62,246 bases of DNA from Anaerolineae bacterium (GTDB lineage: Bacteria; Chloroflexota; Anaerolineae; B4-G1; SLSP01): the NCBI GenBank assembly GCA_026991395.1, contig JALXBP010000065.1, positions 1-62,246 of the forward strand, in the 5' to 3' direction. How positions within the stretch are numbered: position 1 is the stretch's first letter; each line of letters begins with the position of its first letter. The position numbers and the translations under genes were made by a program. Positions 44,086-52,844 of the stretch are shown here, one piece after another. The notes beneath the pieces are model-generated. The model did no database searches and had not been told where the DNA came from. It saw only the letters and a program-made list of their open reading frames with translations.

Positions 44086-45702
44086 ATGAAACGCACAGTC
44101 TGGATCGTCGCCCTGGTCTTTGTGCTCCTCCTCTCGGCCTGCACATCGTCGCAGGAGCTTGCTCAGCAGACGGAGAGCGCCACCACGCCCCCTCCGACGA
44201 GCACGGCCCCTCCTCCCGCCACGGCAACGCCGTCGGCTTCAACGCAGGCTCCCTCCTCGAATGCCGCGCAGGTGTGGCTGCACTCCCCCCTCGGCGTCGC
44301 CTTCGGCCCCACCGCTATGGAAGGGGCGAGGGGGCAGATAGAGGGTTTTGTGGACTACATCCACGGGTTGGGCGTGCCCCGCACCAAAGTCTCGTTCTAC
44401 TGGTCGCAGTTGGAGCCACAGCCGGGGCGATACGATTTCCGAGACCTGGACGCTTACCTCGACCAACTGGGGCCTGACGATCGAGCGCTCCTCAATCTCT
44501 TCACCGACGGCTGGTGTACCACCGGCAAAGAGGTCAACTCACGCAAGGGCGCTCCCCTGCGTGCCTGTCCCGAGGGGGAAGCCGATTGCACCAAGTCGTG
44601 CGAGGCGTACTACCGTGAATTCGTGACCAGGGTGGCCGAGGAGGTACGCGATCACGCCCACGGCGGCATCCGCTATATGCAACGGGATACGGAACCGGCC
44701 TCGGCACACCATTTCCCCGCCGATTCCCCCCAAGCCTTCGTGGAACTGCAGCACATCTTCTACCAAGCGGTCAAGAACGTGCTGCCCGACGTCCTCGTCA
44801 TCGGCGTGAATCACAACGGCAACTTCAGCGCTCACGATATGGGCGAACCGCTCTCTGCCGACTTCTTCGATTACGTGCTCCAGCACGGCAAGGACGATTT
44901 CGATCTGCTGGACATCCGGCTCTACGGCGACCTGTACGCCATCCCCCACCGCGTGGAGTGGTTCCGCAAGCGAATGGCGCAGTACGGCTATCAAAAGCCC
45001 ATCGTGAGCACCGAATACGGCGGCGTGGACCCGCGCACGCTGCACGATGGTCGAGCGTATCTGTTCATGGATCAACTCCGCCAAATCGAGGCCCAGAACC
45101 AAGAGCACAGCGGCGGCGAGCCGCAAGGCGGCATCCGGGCCTGGGCTAGGGCGCATCCCGACCAAGTGCCCCCCAAGCTGCGGCCCTTCTTCGGCGCGGA
45201 GACGGACGAAGAACGGCTGCAGTACGAGCACCTGCACTGCTACGACATCGTGCAGCGCAGTATCGTCGCCTTGGGCGAGGGTGTCCAGGCCCTCTGGTGG
45301 TGGAATCTGCAATCGCCGGGGGTCGATCCCATCTTCGGGCAGATGCGCCTGCGCACGCCGCAGATGGAGGAGCTGCCCGGCTATGCGTGCTATCAGCGCT
45401 TCGCGGGGCATATGGGGAATGCCACGAAAGTCACCCGCATCGATGCGGGGGATGACACGCTCTACCTGTACCGCATCGAGCGCGAAGATCGGCCCGACCT
45501 CTTCATCGCCTGGCACCACACGGACAGACTGGACATCTACGATGATGCCGCGGAACCGCCCGTCTCCGTCTCGCTCCCCATCCCCTTCGACCAGGCCACC
45601 CTCACCGACGCCTTGGGCAATCCGGTGCAAGGCAGCCTGACCGATGGGCGGCTTACCCTGGCGCTGAGCGCCGCGCCGGTTTTCATCGAACCGGCTCCGT
45701 GA
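44086..45702 (+). CDS. Lipoprotein with GH-A-like (beta/alpha)8 domain
   Basis: Lipobox LLLSAC, Pro/Thr/Ser linker, YWSQLEPQPGRYDF, VSTEYG; SD GAAAGGAGG. Confidence 0.7.
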   Translation: MKRTVWIVALVFVLLLSACTSSQELAQQTESATTPPPTSTAPPPATATPSASTQAPSSNAAQVWLHSPLGVAFGPTAMEGARGQIEGFVDYIHGLGVPRTKVSFYWSQLEPQPGRYDFRDLDAYLDQLGPDDRALLNLFTDGWCTTGKEVNSRKGAPLRACPEGEADCTKSCEAYYREFVTRVAEEVRDHAHGGIRYMQRDTEPASAHHFPADSPQAFVELQHIFYQAVKNVLPDVLVIGVNHNGNFSAHDMGEPLSADFFDYVLQHGKDDFDLLDIRLYGDLYAIPHRVEWFRKRMAQYGYQKPIVSTEYGGVDPRTLHDGRAYLFMDQLRQIEAQNQEHSGGEPQGGIRAWARAHPDQVPPKLRPFFGAETDEERLQYEHLHCYDIVQRSIVALGEGVQALWWWNLQSPGVDPIFGQMRLRTPQMEELPGYACYQRFAGHMGNATKVTRIDAGDDTLYLYRIEREDRPDLFIAWHHTDRLDIYDDAAEPPVSVSLPIPFDQATLTDALGNPVQGSLTDGRLTLALSAAPVFIEPAP

Positions 45703-45731
45703 AGGCCCGAAACACATCCAGGAGGTGCCCG

Positions 45732-47141
45732 ATGAAACGACTCGCTCCGCTCGCACTGCTGATGCTCGCCCTGTCGCTTGTCGCGTGCAACTTTTCCTAC
45801 ATCGCTCCTCGGGCGACGCCGATCCAGACCGCGCAGCCCACGCCTTCACCCCGGCCCGTCGCAGCGATCACGCCGTCGCCGACGCCCGCCGCCTCCGGGC
45901 AAGCGGCCGTCCCGCAAGTCGGCGTGAGCTTCATTCGCTTCTACTTCTACGACACCGATCCTTTCCAGCCGGAGACTATCTTCCAAGACTTTGCCGCCTC
46001 CGGCGTCCAGATGTACCGCCATCTGGTCAAAGCCGACCTCACCTGGCGGAATATCGAACCCTTAGACAACCAGTGGCGCTTCGAACTCGCCGACAGCGTG
46101 ATTTTCGACTCCCCTCTGCCGTTCATCGCCACCCTCTTCGACTATTCCTACACCTCCGGCACACCACCGTGGTGCACCGACTCCGCCGAGTTCCAGAAAA
46201 CCTTAGGGGAGGAGGCGCAGGATTACCTCGACCACGTGCTCGAACGCTACGGGCCTTACGTGAAATACTGGGAACTGGGCAACGAGATGGAGCACTGGCG
46301 GGCCGCCGATCCGGGCGATGATGGCCGCGGCACGGAGACCTTGCCCGCCTGCGTCCCCCCGGACGGATTTTCGCCCGAAGAGCAAGGCCGCTTCCTGGCG
46401 CAGGCGGCCCAATACATTCGGGAACGCGACCCGGACGCGGTGATCATCATGCCGGGGATGATCGGGATGAGCGGCTATTCGCTGGATACCTGGCTGGCCG
46501 GCGTGATAGAGGGCGGCGGCAGCGACTGGTTCGACGTCGTGAATTACCACTACTACGGCCCCTGGCAGCGCTATCCCCGCCTGCGCGCCGATCTGACGGC
46601 CTTCCTGCTCGCCCACGGCATCGACGACAAGCCGATATGGGCCACGGAAACGGGGACGACCTCGAGCCCAACACTGACCGAACGCACCGACTACCCCAAC
46701 AGTCCCGAGGAGCAGGCCGCGGACGTCTTCCGGCGCATCGTGGCCGCCTGGGGTGCCGGTGATCAACTGGTGCTGTGGCACACCTACATCGGCTCGCCGG
46801 ATAATCCGCAGAACGTCTGGCGCGAGTACGGCCTGCGGGAAGCCGACGGGAGCGCCAAACCGGCCCTCTACAGCTTCCGCCTGCTCACGGCGGAACTGGT
46901 TCCCTTCCGGCAGGTCGAGGCCATCGACATCGAGAGGGGCGGCCCGAACATCTACCGCATCACCACGCAGGAGGGTGTCGTGAAGTTCGTCGTCTGGGGC
47001 GAGGGGACGTTCACCGTTCCGCCGAATATCGGGCAGATGACCGAGGTCGTGCCCGATGGTGCCGGACATTTCGCCTGGCAGAGCATCTCCCCCGGTCAGG
47101 AGATCACGCTCACCGACACGCCCCGACTGCTGAAGCCGTAG
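45732..47141 (+). CDS. Lipoprotein, GH39/GH5-like glycoside hydrolase fold
   Basis: Lipobox LSLVAC, Pro/Thr linker, WRNIEP, YWELGNEM, FDVVNYHYY, IWATETG; SD AGGAGG before ATG 45732. Confidence 0.75.
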   Translation: MKRLAPLALLMLALSLVACNFSYIAPRATPIQTAQPTPSPRPVAAITPSPTPAASGQAAVPQVGVSFIRFYFYDTDPFQPETIFQDFAASGVQMYRHLVKADLTWRNIEPLDNQWRFELADSVIFDSPLPFIATLFDYSYTSGTPPWCTDSAEFQKTLGEEAQDYLDHVLERYGPYVKYWELGNEMEHWRAADPGDDGRGTETLPACVPPDGFSPEEQGRFLAQAAQYIRERDPDAVIIMPGMIGMSGYSLDTWLAGVIEGGGSDWFDVVNYHYYGPWQRYPRLRADLTAFLLAHGIDDKPIWATETGTTSSPTLTERTDYPNSPEEQAADVFRRIVAAWGAGDQLVLWHTYIGSPDNPQNVWREYGLREADGSAKPALYSFRLLTAELVPFRQVEAIDIERGGPNIYRITTQEGVVKFVVWGEGTFTVPPNIGQMTEVVPDGAGHFAWQSISPGQEITLTDTPRLLKP

Positions 47142-47159
47142 GGCGGCCCCGCCTCCCGC

Positions 47160-47224
47160 GCCCCGATCCGGCCCACCGCCGCCACCTCAATGCCCGGCGG
47201 CGGGCCGGACGCGGGGGCTTTCCC
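47160..47224 (+). terminator. Long GC-rich hairpin after the GH lipoprotein pair
   Basis: TCCGGCCC/GGGCCGGA plus CCGCCG/CGGCGG plus GCCCC/GGGGC stems, followed by only TTT. Confidence 0.4.
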
Positions 47225-47408
47225 GCAAGAAGGCCTCGCTCCGTCCGCGGCCATATCTGCCCCGCTCCCTGCCGCCTCCCCAGCGACAGGGAGCATCGCT
47301 TTCTGGTCTAACGCAAGGGCTATGCTATAATGGGGTATCGTCGCAAGCAATCATTGCGCACCTATCACTCCTTGCACATCTATTGCATCGGCAGGAAGCG
47401 AGGCACAT

Positions 47409-48080
47409 ATGAGCAACCGGGAAATTGTCGAATTACGGAACCGCATGCTGGGGTTATCGCTCCGCAAAGCGCGAGAAGCAGCACACCTTTCGCGCAAAGC
47501 CTGCGCCGACGCCCTGGGCATCAGTCCACGCCGCTATGCCGCCTACGAGGAGGGCCGTCAGGCGATCTCGCTGCCGGAGATGGAGTTGCTCGGACAGCTT
47601 TTCGGCGTCCCCTTGCACAAATTGCGCGACGAATCCTTCATCGAGGCGGAGGAGCAGGCCCTCCCGCCCGCCGAACTCTACCTGCCCTTGCGTCATCGTA
47701 TGATCGGCGCACGCCTGCGCCAGGCTCGCCAGGAGGCCGGACGTTCGCAGAGGGAGATCGCCGCTCTGCTCGAACGCTCGACGCGCATCATCTCCGCCTA
47801 CGAGTACGGAGAACGCCCCATCCCCCTGGCCGAGTTGGAGGTGCTCGGTCGAGCCTTGAATCTCCCGTTGGAAGCCTTCACGGATCGCGAAAGCGAAGTG
47901 GGGGAATGGCACCATCTGGCCCAGGAATTCGAGCGCTTTCGCCAACTTCCTCCTGCCGTCCGCGCCTTCGTCCTCCGCCCCATCAACCTCAGCTACCTGG
48001 AACTGGCGATGAAGCTGGCCGATCTCCCCGCCGGTGCGCTCAGGCGCATCGCCGAGGACCTGTTGGAAATCACATACTGA
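47409..48080 (+). CDS. Transcriptional regulator with two tandem XRE HTH domains
   Basis: LRKAREAAHLSRKACADALGISPRRYAAYEEG and LRQARQEAGRSQREIAALLERSTRIISAYEYG. Confidence 0.85.
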   Translation: MSNREIVELRNRMLGLSLRKAREAAHLSRKACADALGISPRRYAAYEEGRQAISLPEMELLGQLFGVPLHKLRDESFIEAEEQALPPAELYLPLRHRMIGARLRQARQEAGRSQREIAALLERSTRIISAYEYGERPIPLAELEVLGRALNLPLEAFTDRESEVGEWHHLAQEFERFRQLPPAVRAFVLRPINLSYLELAMKLADLPAGALRRIAEDLLEITY

Positions 48081-48089
48081 GGTGAACCT

Positions 48090-48629
48090 ATGTCAGAAGC
48101 ACAAGCATTGCAGGAAGAGGGACTGCGGCTCTTCCAGGAAGGACTTTACGATGAGGCCGCCCGCCGATTCAGCGAAGCCCTGGAACACTACGCCGAAGAG
48201 GGCAAGGAGACCGAGGCCGCCGAGATGCTCAACAACCTGGGCGTCATCCGCCGCAAGCAAGAGCGGTGGGAGGAGGCGGCGGAAGCCGTCGAGGAAGCCA
48301 AACGCATCTTCGCCCGCTTGGGCGACAAGGAGCGCGAGGCTCAGGCGTGGGGCAATCTGGGCGGCATCTACGCCTCTATGGGCAAGCGCGACAAGGCCCT
48401 GGAAGCGTGGCAGGCGGCCATCGGGCTATTCGCAGAGATCGGCGATGAGGACAAGCAGGGCGAGACGATGATGTCCTTGGGCATCGCCCTGTTCAAGGAC
48501 GGACGGCGACAGGAAGGGTTGGCGGCCTACCAGGCCGGTCTGCAGATGGTCAAACATCCGACGACGATGCAACAGGTTACCCGCGTGCTGATGACCATCC
48601 AGGCCAAGCTCTTCGGCTTGGGGCTGTGA
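48090..48629 (+). CDS. TPR-repeat protein
   Basis: Repeated helix pairs: EMLNNLG, AQAWGNLG, ETMMSLG. Confidence 0.85.
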   Translation: MSEAQALQEEGLRLFQEGLYDEAARRFSEALEHYAEEGKETEAAEMLNNLGVIRRKQERWEEAAEAVEEAKRIFARLGDKEREAQAWGNLGGIYASMGKRDKALEAWQAAIGLFAEIGDEDKQGETMMSLGIALFKDGRRQEGLAAYQAGLQMVKHPTTMQQVTRVLMTIQAKLFGLGL

Positions 48630-48631
48630 AG

Positions 48632-48647
48632 CGTTTCACGTGAAACA
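48632..48647. promoter_or_regulatory. parS: parS centromere-like site
   Basis: CGTTTCACGTGAAACA, 15/16 identical to the consensus TGTTTCACGTGAAACA, with a perfect 14-bp palindrome; lies in the short gap before rplI. Confidence 0.85.
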
Positions 48648-48670
48648 GGACGACAAGGGAGGCGATCGCC

Positions 48671-49123
48671 ATGGAAGTGCTCCTGAAACAGGACGTCAAG
48701 GGCATCGGCAAAGCAGGCGAGATCAAAAAGGTCGCCGAGGGGTACGCGCGTAACTACCTCATCCCCAAGGGCTTGGCCGTTCCGGCAACGGAGGAGGTCA
48801 TCAAGGCCGCGAAGGCCAACCGCGAGGCCGCAGATCGCCGCGCCGCAAAGAAACGGGAACGCGGCGAGGCTATGGCCGCCCGCCTGCAAGCCCAGCCCCT
48901 CCGCCTGAAGGTCAAGGCGGGGCAGTCCGGCAAGCTCTACGGCTCCGTGACGACCAAAGACCTGGCGGAAGTCATTGCGGCGGCCTTGGGCGTGCCACAG
49001 TTCGACAAACGCAACATCCGGCTCAAGCGCCCGCTGCGCGATCTCGGCGACCACGAGATCGAGGTGCGCTTGCCCGGTAAAGTTACGGCCACCGTCCACG
49101 TCCAACTGGAAGCGGAGGACTAA
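48671..49123 (+). CDS. rplI: 50S ribosomal protein L9
   Basis: MEVLLKQDV..GKAGEIKKVAEGYARNYLIPKGLA, GKLYGSVT. Confidence 0.97.
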   Translation: MEVLLKQDVKGIGKAGEIKKVAEGYARNYLIPKGLAVPATEEVIKAAKANREAADRRAAKKRERGEAMAARLQAQPLRLKVKAGQSGKLYGSVTTKDLAEVIAAALGVPQFDKRNIRLKRPLRDLGDHEIEVRLPGKVTATVHVQLEAED

Positions 49124-49932
49124 TGCCCAGCACACTCGGCGTCTGGCTCAAGCGGGCGCGCGAAAGCCGCCAGATCGACCTGGACGAGGCGGAAAAGCAC
49201 CTGCGCATCCGCAAGCGCTACCTGCAGGCACTGGAAAACGGCGATTACGATGCGCTGCCCGGCCCCGTCCAGGCACGCGGCTTCCTGCGGAACTACGCCC
49301 GCTTCCTCGGTCTGCCGGTGGAAGAGGCCTTGGCCCGCTACGAGGCCGACCTGTCCGGACAGCCTATGCAGCCGCAGATGCGGACGCCGCAGTCCCAAGC
49401 GCCGGACCGCCCGACGCTTTTCGCGCCGCCCCCCACGATGGAGGAAGAGAGCGAGGAGAAGCAGAGCTTGATGCCGACATTGCTCCTCATCCTCCTGGGG
49501 ATGGCCGTCTTCTTCGCCGTCGTCGCCGCCGGAGGGCTGCTCTATCTCCACTTTGCCAGCGCCCGGCCCACAGCCACGCCGACGCCCGCCACGCCGACGC
49601 CGACCGTTGTCGCGCTCGTCACGGAGGCGGCCAGTCCGGCCCCCACCTTCGTCCCCGCCGTCGATGGCCTGGTGCACATCCGCGTGGAGCCTCAGGAGCA
49701 TGCGTGGATCCGCGTTACGGCGGATGATGTCGTGATCTTCCAGGGTATCGCCACTCCCGGCACGCCGATCGAGGCCGCCGCCAGGCAGCGGTGTACCGTC
49801 GAAACGGGGAACGGCGGCGCTTTTCACCTCTACGTCAACGCGGCCGATTGGGGGCCGCTCGGCCCGGAGGGCAAGGTTACCCGCCGCAGTTGGACGCCCG
49901 CGGGCGAGACGACGGCGGAGGGCCAGCCGTGA
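49123..49932 (+). CDS. RodZ-like HTH membrane protein
   Basis: LKRARESRQIDL...LRIRKRYLQALENG...RGFLRNYARFLGL, TM helix, Pro/Thr linker, DUF4115-like C-terminus (AWIRVTAD, ETGNGG). Confidence 0.8.
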   Translation: MPSTLGVWLKRARESRQIDLDEAEKHLRIRKRYLQALENGDYDALPGPVQARGFLRNYARFLGLPVEEALARYEADLSGQPMQPQMRTPQSQAPDRPTLFAPPPTMEEESEEKQSLMPTLLLILLGMAVFFAVVAAGGLLYLHFASARPTATPTPATPTPTVVALVTEAASPAPTFVPAVDGLVHIRVEPQEHAWIRVTADDVVIFQGIATPGTPIEAAARQRCTVETGNGGAFHLYVNAADWGPLGPEGKVTRRSWTPAGETTAEGQP

Positions 49933-51260
49933 GGCGACGCCGCCCTCGTTTCTACATCGCTTCGCTGGGCTGCGCCAAAAATACCGTGGATGCGGAGGGC
50001 ATCGCGACCCTCCTGCGCCGTGCGGGATACCTCGCCACCGGCGATCCGGCCCGCGCCGACGTCGTTATCGTCAACACCTGCGGCTTCATCGCCGCCGCCC
50101 GCGAGGAGTCGCTGACGACGCTCCGTTCGTTGGCGGAGCAGATCACCCCCCGGCAGAAGCTGATCGCGGCGGGCTGCTGGGCGCAGCGAGAGCCGGAGCG
50201 CCTGCGGCAGCTTCTCCCCGATCTGGATGCCATCGTCGGCACCCGCACCTGGCACGAGATACCCCGCATCGTACAGGAACTCTCCCGCACCGAAGCCCCC
50301 ATCGTCAACGTGCAGCGGCGCAAAGTCGTGATGCCGGAAGAGGCGGGCACGGGCGGCTACGTCCGCTTCGGAGCGAGCGCCTTCCTCAAAATCGCCGATG
50401 GGTGCAGTCGAGGCTGTGCCTTCTGCGCCATCCCCGGCATCAAGGGGCCGACGGTCAGCCGTCCGCTCGAGGCCATCCTCGAGGACGCTCGGCAATTGCG
50501 GGATGCCGGTGTCCTGGAAATCAACCTCATCGCCCAGGACACCTCCTTCTACGGCCACGATCTCGGCATGCGGGACGGCCTGGCGCCCCTCCTCGAAGGC
50601 CTCGTCGAGGCCGTGCCCGATCTCCCCTGGCTGCGTATCCTCTACCTCTTCCCCGGTTTCATCACCGATCGGCTCATCGACGTCATCGCCGCCTATCCAC
50701 AGGTCCTGCCCTACGTGGATATCCCCCTCCAACACGCCGATCCCGCCATCCTGCGTCGTATGCGCCGCCCCGCCGATGTGGAAGCCGTCAAGCGGACCAT
50801 CGGGCGATTGCGGGAGCGCATGCCGGAGATCACACTGCGCACGACCTTCATCGTCGGCTTCCCCGGCGAGAGCGAGCGCGAGTTCCTCACGCTGCTGCGT
50901 TTCGTCGAAGCGATGCGTTTCGACCGCGTCGGCGTCTTCGAATACTCGCACGAGGAGGGAACAGCAGCGGCCTCGCTGAAAGACGATGTGCCGCCCGAGG
51001 TCAAAGCGGCGCGGCGGGATGCCCTGATGATGGCCCAGCAGCGCATCTCTCTGGAGAAAAACAAGGCGCTCGTCGGCAGCCGCCTGGCCGTGTTGCTGGA
51101 AGGCAGCAGCGATGGGCTGACGATCGGGCGCACCTACCGCGACGCCCCGGAGATCGACGGGCTGGTCCTCATCGAAGGGGAGCACGGTAGCGGGCGACTC
51201 GTCGAAGTCGAGATCACCGCTGCACTCCCCTACGACCTTCAAGGCCGGCTCGTCGCCTAA
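49929..51260 (+). CDS. rimO: Ribosomal protein S12 methylthiotransferase RimO
   Basis: SLGCAKNTVD, NTCGFI, KIADGCSRGCAFCAIP, YVDIPLQH, RTTFIVGFPGE, RDAPEIDG; GTG 49929 overlaps the upstream stop. Confidence 0.95.
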   Translation: MRRRRPRFYIASLGCAKNTVDAEGIATLLRRAGYLATGDPARADVVIVNTCGFIAAAREESLTTLRSLAEQITPRQKLIAAGCWAQREPERLRQLLPDLDAIVGTRTWHEIPRIVQELSRTEAPIVNVQRRKVVMPEEAGTGGYVRFGASAFLKIADGCSRGCAFCAIPGIKGPTVSRPLEAILEDARQLRDAGVLEINLIAQDTSFYGHDLGMRDGLAPLLEGLVEAVPDLPWLRILYLFPGFITDRLIDVIAAYPQVLPYVDIPLQHADPAILRRMRRPADVEAVKRTIGRLRERMPEITLRTTFIVGFPGESEREFLTLLRFVEAMRFDRVGVFEYSHEEGTAAASLKDDVPPEVKAARRDALMMAQQRISLEKNKALVGSRLAVLLEGSSDGLTIGRTYRDAPEIDGLVLIEGEHGSGRLVEVEITAALPYDLQGRLVA

Positions 51261-52798
51261 CGCACCATCACGCTACCCGGGTCCAGGGAGGCGGCCAAGG
51301 CGGCCACGAGACGGCGATCCAGCGGCGAGGTATAGTTTCCCTGCTGCCAGCGACGCACGGCCGATTCCGAGACAGAGTGGATCATCTGCAGTTGCCGCTG
51401 CCACTCGGCCGGCCCGCCTTCCGCCTGCTTGCCGATGAGGAGAGAATGGAAGATGACGTCGCTGCGGCGGGCGAAGAAAACCGTGGCTATGAGGGCCTTG
51501 CCGCTACCGCTACCGCCGGATTGCAGCACACTGCTCATCGCCCCCTCCCAATCCGCCAGCGCCTCGGCTGCATTGTCCCACTCGGCGGGATGGGTGATCG
51601 TCAAGGCCGCAACCCCGCGCCGCCACAGGCTTCGGGTGCAGAGCCGACACTGCCCCACCCGCGCCAGGAAACGCTCGCCGATCGGATGTTCACGAGGTGA
51701 TACTTTCAACGTCGTCACATTGCTCCCTCCGCCATCCTGCAGCATTTCGGCGATGAGCTTGCGCGACAGCGCCAGGCATTCACCCTCTCCCTCGATGGCC
51801 GTCCATAGCGTTATGCCCTGACCGGTCTCCCGGCCTCCTCCCAGGCGCTGCCGCAAACGCGCCAGCGGGGGACGTTCCTCCGTGCGCCGCAGGATCGCGT
51901 CGAGCACGGTCGGCCAGCCAAGCATAAAGAGCAAGGGGATGGAAGTTCCGGCAATCATCTTCGCCGTGGAGAGCATCGTCCCCCAATCGGGGAAATCCGC
52001 ACGGATGAAAAAGCGCTCGGCGGGCAAGGGGAAGACCCGTAGCCCTACCTCCGTGATAATGCCCCAGCGCCCGTACTGCCCGATGGCCAAGGACCACAGA
52101 CTCCGCTGCGTTTCGTACACATTGCCGAGATAGATCGGCCCCCGGGGGGTGAGCATACGCACGGTGCTCACGACCGATTGTAAAGTCCCATAACGGAGAT
52201 TGAGGAAATTGCACCCTCCGGAGGCAATGCGCCCGCCAACGGAGAGGTTGGCCAAGGCGTGCCGATACCCCAACATCAGCCCACGGTCGGCCAGACGCCG
52301 ATCGATCTCGATCCAGCGCCCGCCGCCCTGAACGCGCACTTCGCCTCGGGCGCGATCGATGGGATAGATGCGGTCCATCCGATCCATATCCACGATCAGG
52401 AAAGGCCGCGTGATCGTCTTGCCGCGGTAAGGGTGCAGGCCGCTTCCCCACGGCAAGAGGGACAATTCCCGCTCCTCGGCCCAGACGATGAGCGAAGCCA
52501 GCGCCTGCTCACTGCCTGGAGAGACGACGGCACGCGGGTAAGCCTCCGGCGTCGCGTTCAGCATCCGCACATAGCCCTCGTAAGTCTGCCCGCCTCCATA
52601 GCGAGCAAGCACGCGAGGATCGGTCTGCACGATATCCTCCCCCAAGAGCTGCCGCAACGAGGCCGCGACCGGCTCTTCCAAGGGGAGGGGAACCGTCCCG
52701 CCCGGCTCCGGGGGGGCGGGAAGTTCCTCCGGCAAGCCCAAGCGATGGCGCAGGAAAACCCAGAAAGCCTCCATTTGTGGCGTCCATTCCTCGTCCAT
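51257..52798 (-). CDS. FAD-binding PCMH-type oxidoreductase-like protein (distant alkylglycerone-phosphate synthase homologue)
   Basis: AVVSP, LSLLPWGSG, VDMDRMDRI, SVGGRIASGG, YGRWGIITE, GITLWTAIEG; SD AAGGAGG before ATG 52798. Confidence 0.7.
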   Translation of the reverse strand: MDEEWTPQMEAFWVFLRHRLGLPEELPAPPEPGGTVPLPLEEPVAASLRQLLGEDIVQTDPRVLARYGGGQTYEGYVRMLNATPEAYPRAVVSPGSEQALASLIVWAEERELSLLPWGSGLHPYRGKTITRPFLIVDMDRMDRIYPIDRARGEVRVQGGGRWIEIDRRLADRGLMLGYRHALANLSVGGRIASGGCNFLNLRYGTLQSVVSTVRMLTPRGPIYLGNVYETQRSLWSLAIGQYGRWGIITEVGLRVFPLPAERFFIRADFPDWGTMLSTAKMIAGTSIPLLFMLGWPTVLDAILRRTEERPPLARLRQRLGGGRETGQGITLWTAIEGEGECLALSRKLIAEMLQDGGGSNVTTLKVSPREHPIGERFLARVGQCRLCTRSLWRRGVAALTITHPAEWDNAAEALADWEGAMSSVLQSGGSGSGKALIATVFFARRSDVIFHSLLIGKQAEGGPAEWQRQLQMIHSVSESAVRRWQQGNYTSPLDRRLVAALAASLDPGSVMVR

Positions 52799-52844
52799 GT
52801 TATCCTCCTTTCCACAAACTCCGAGGCCGCGCGCAACCAACATC

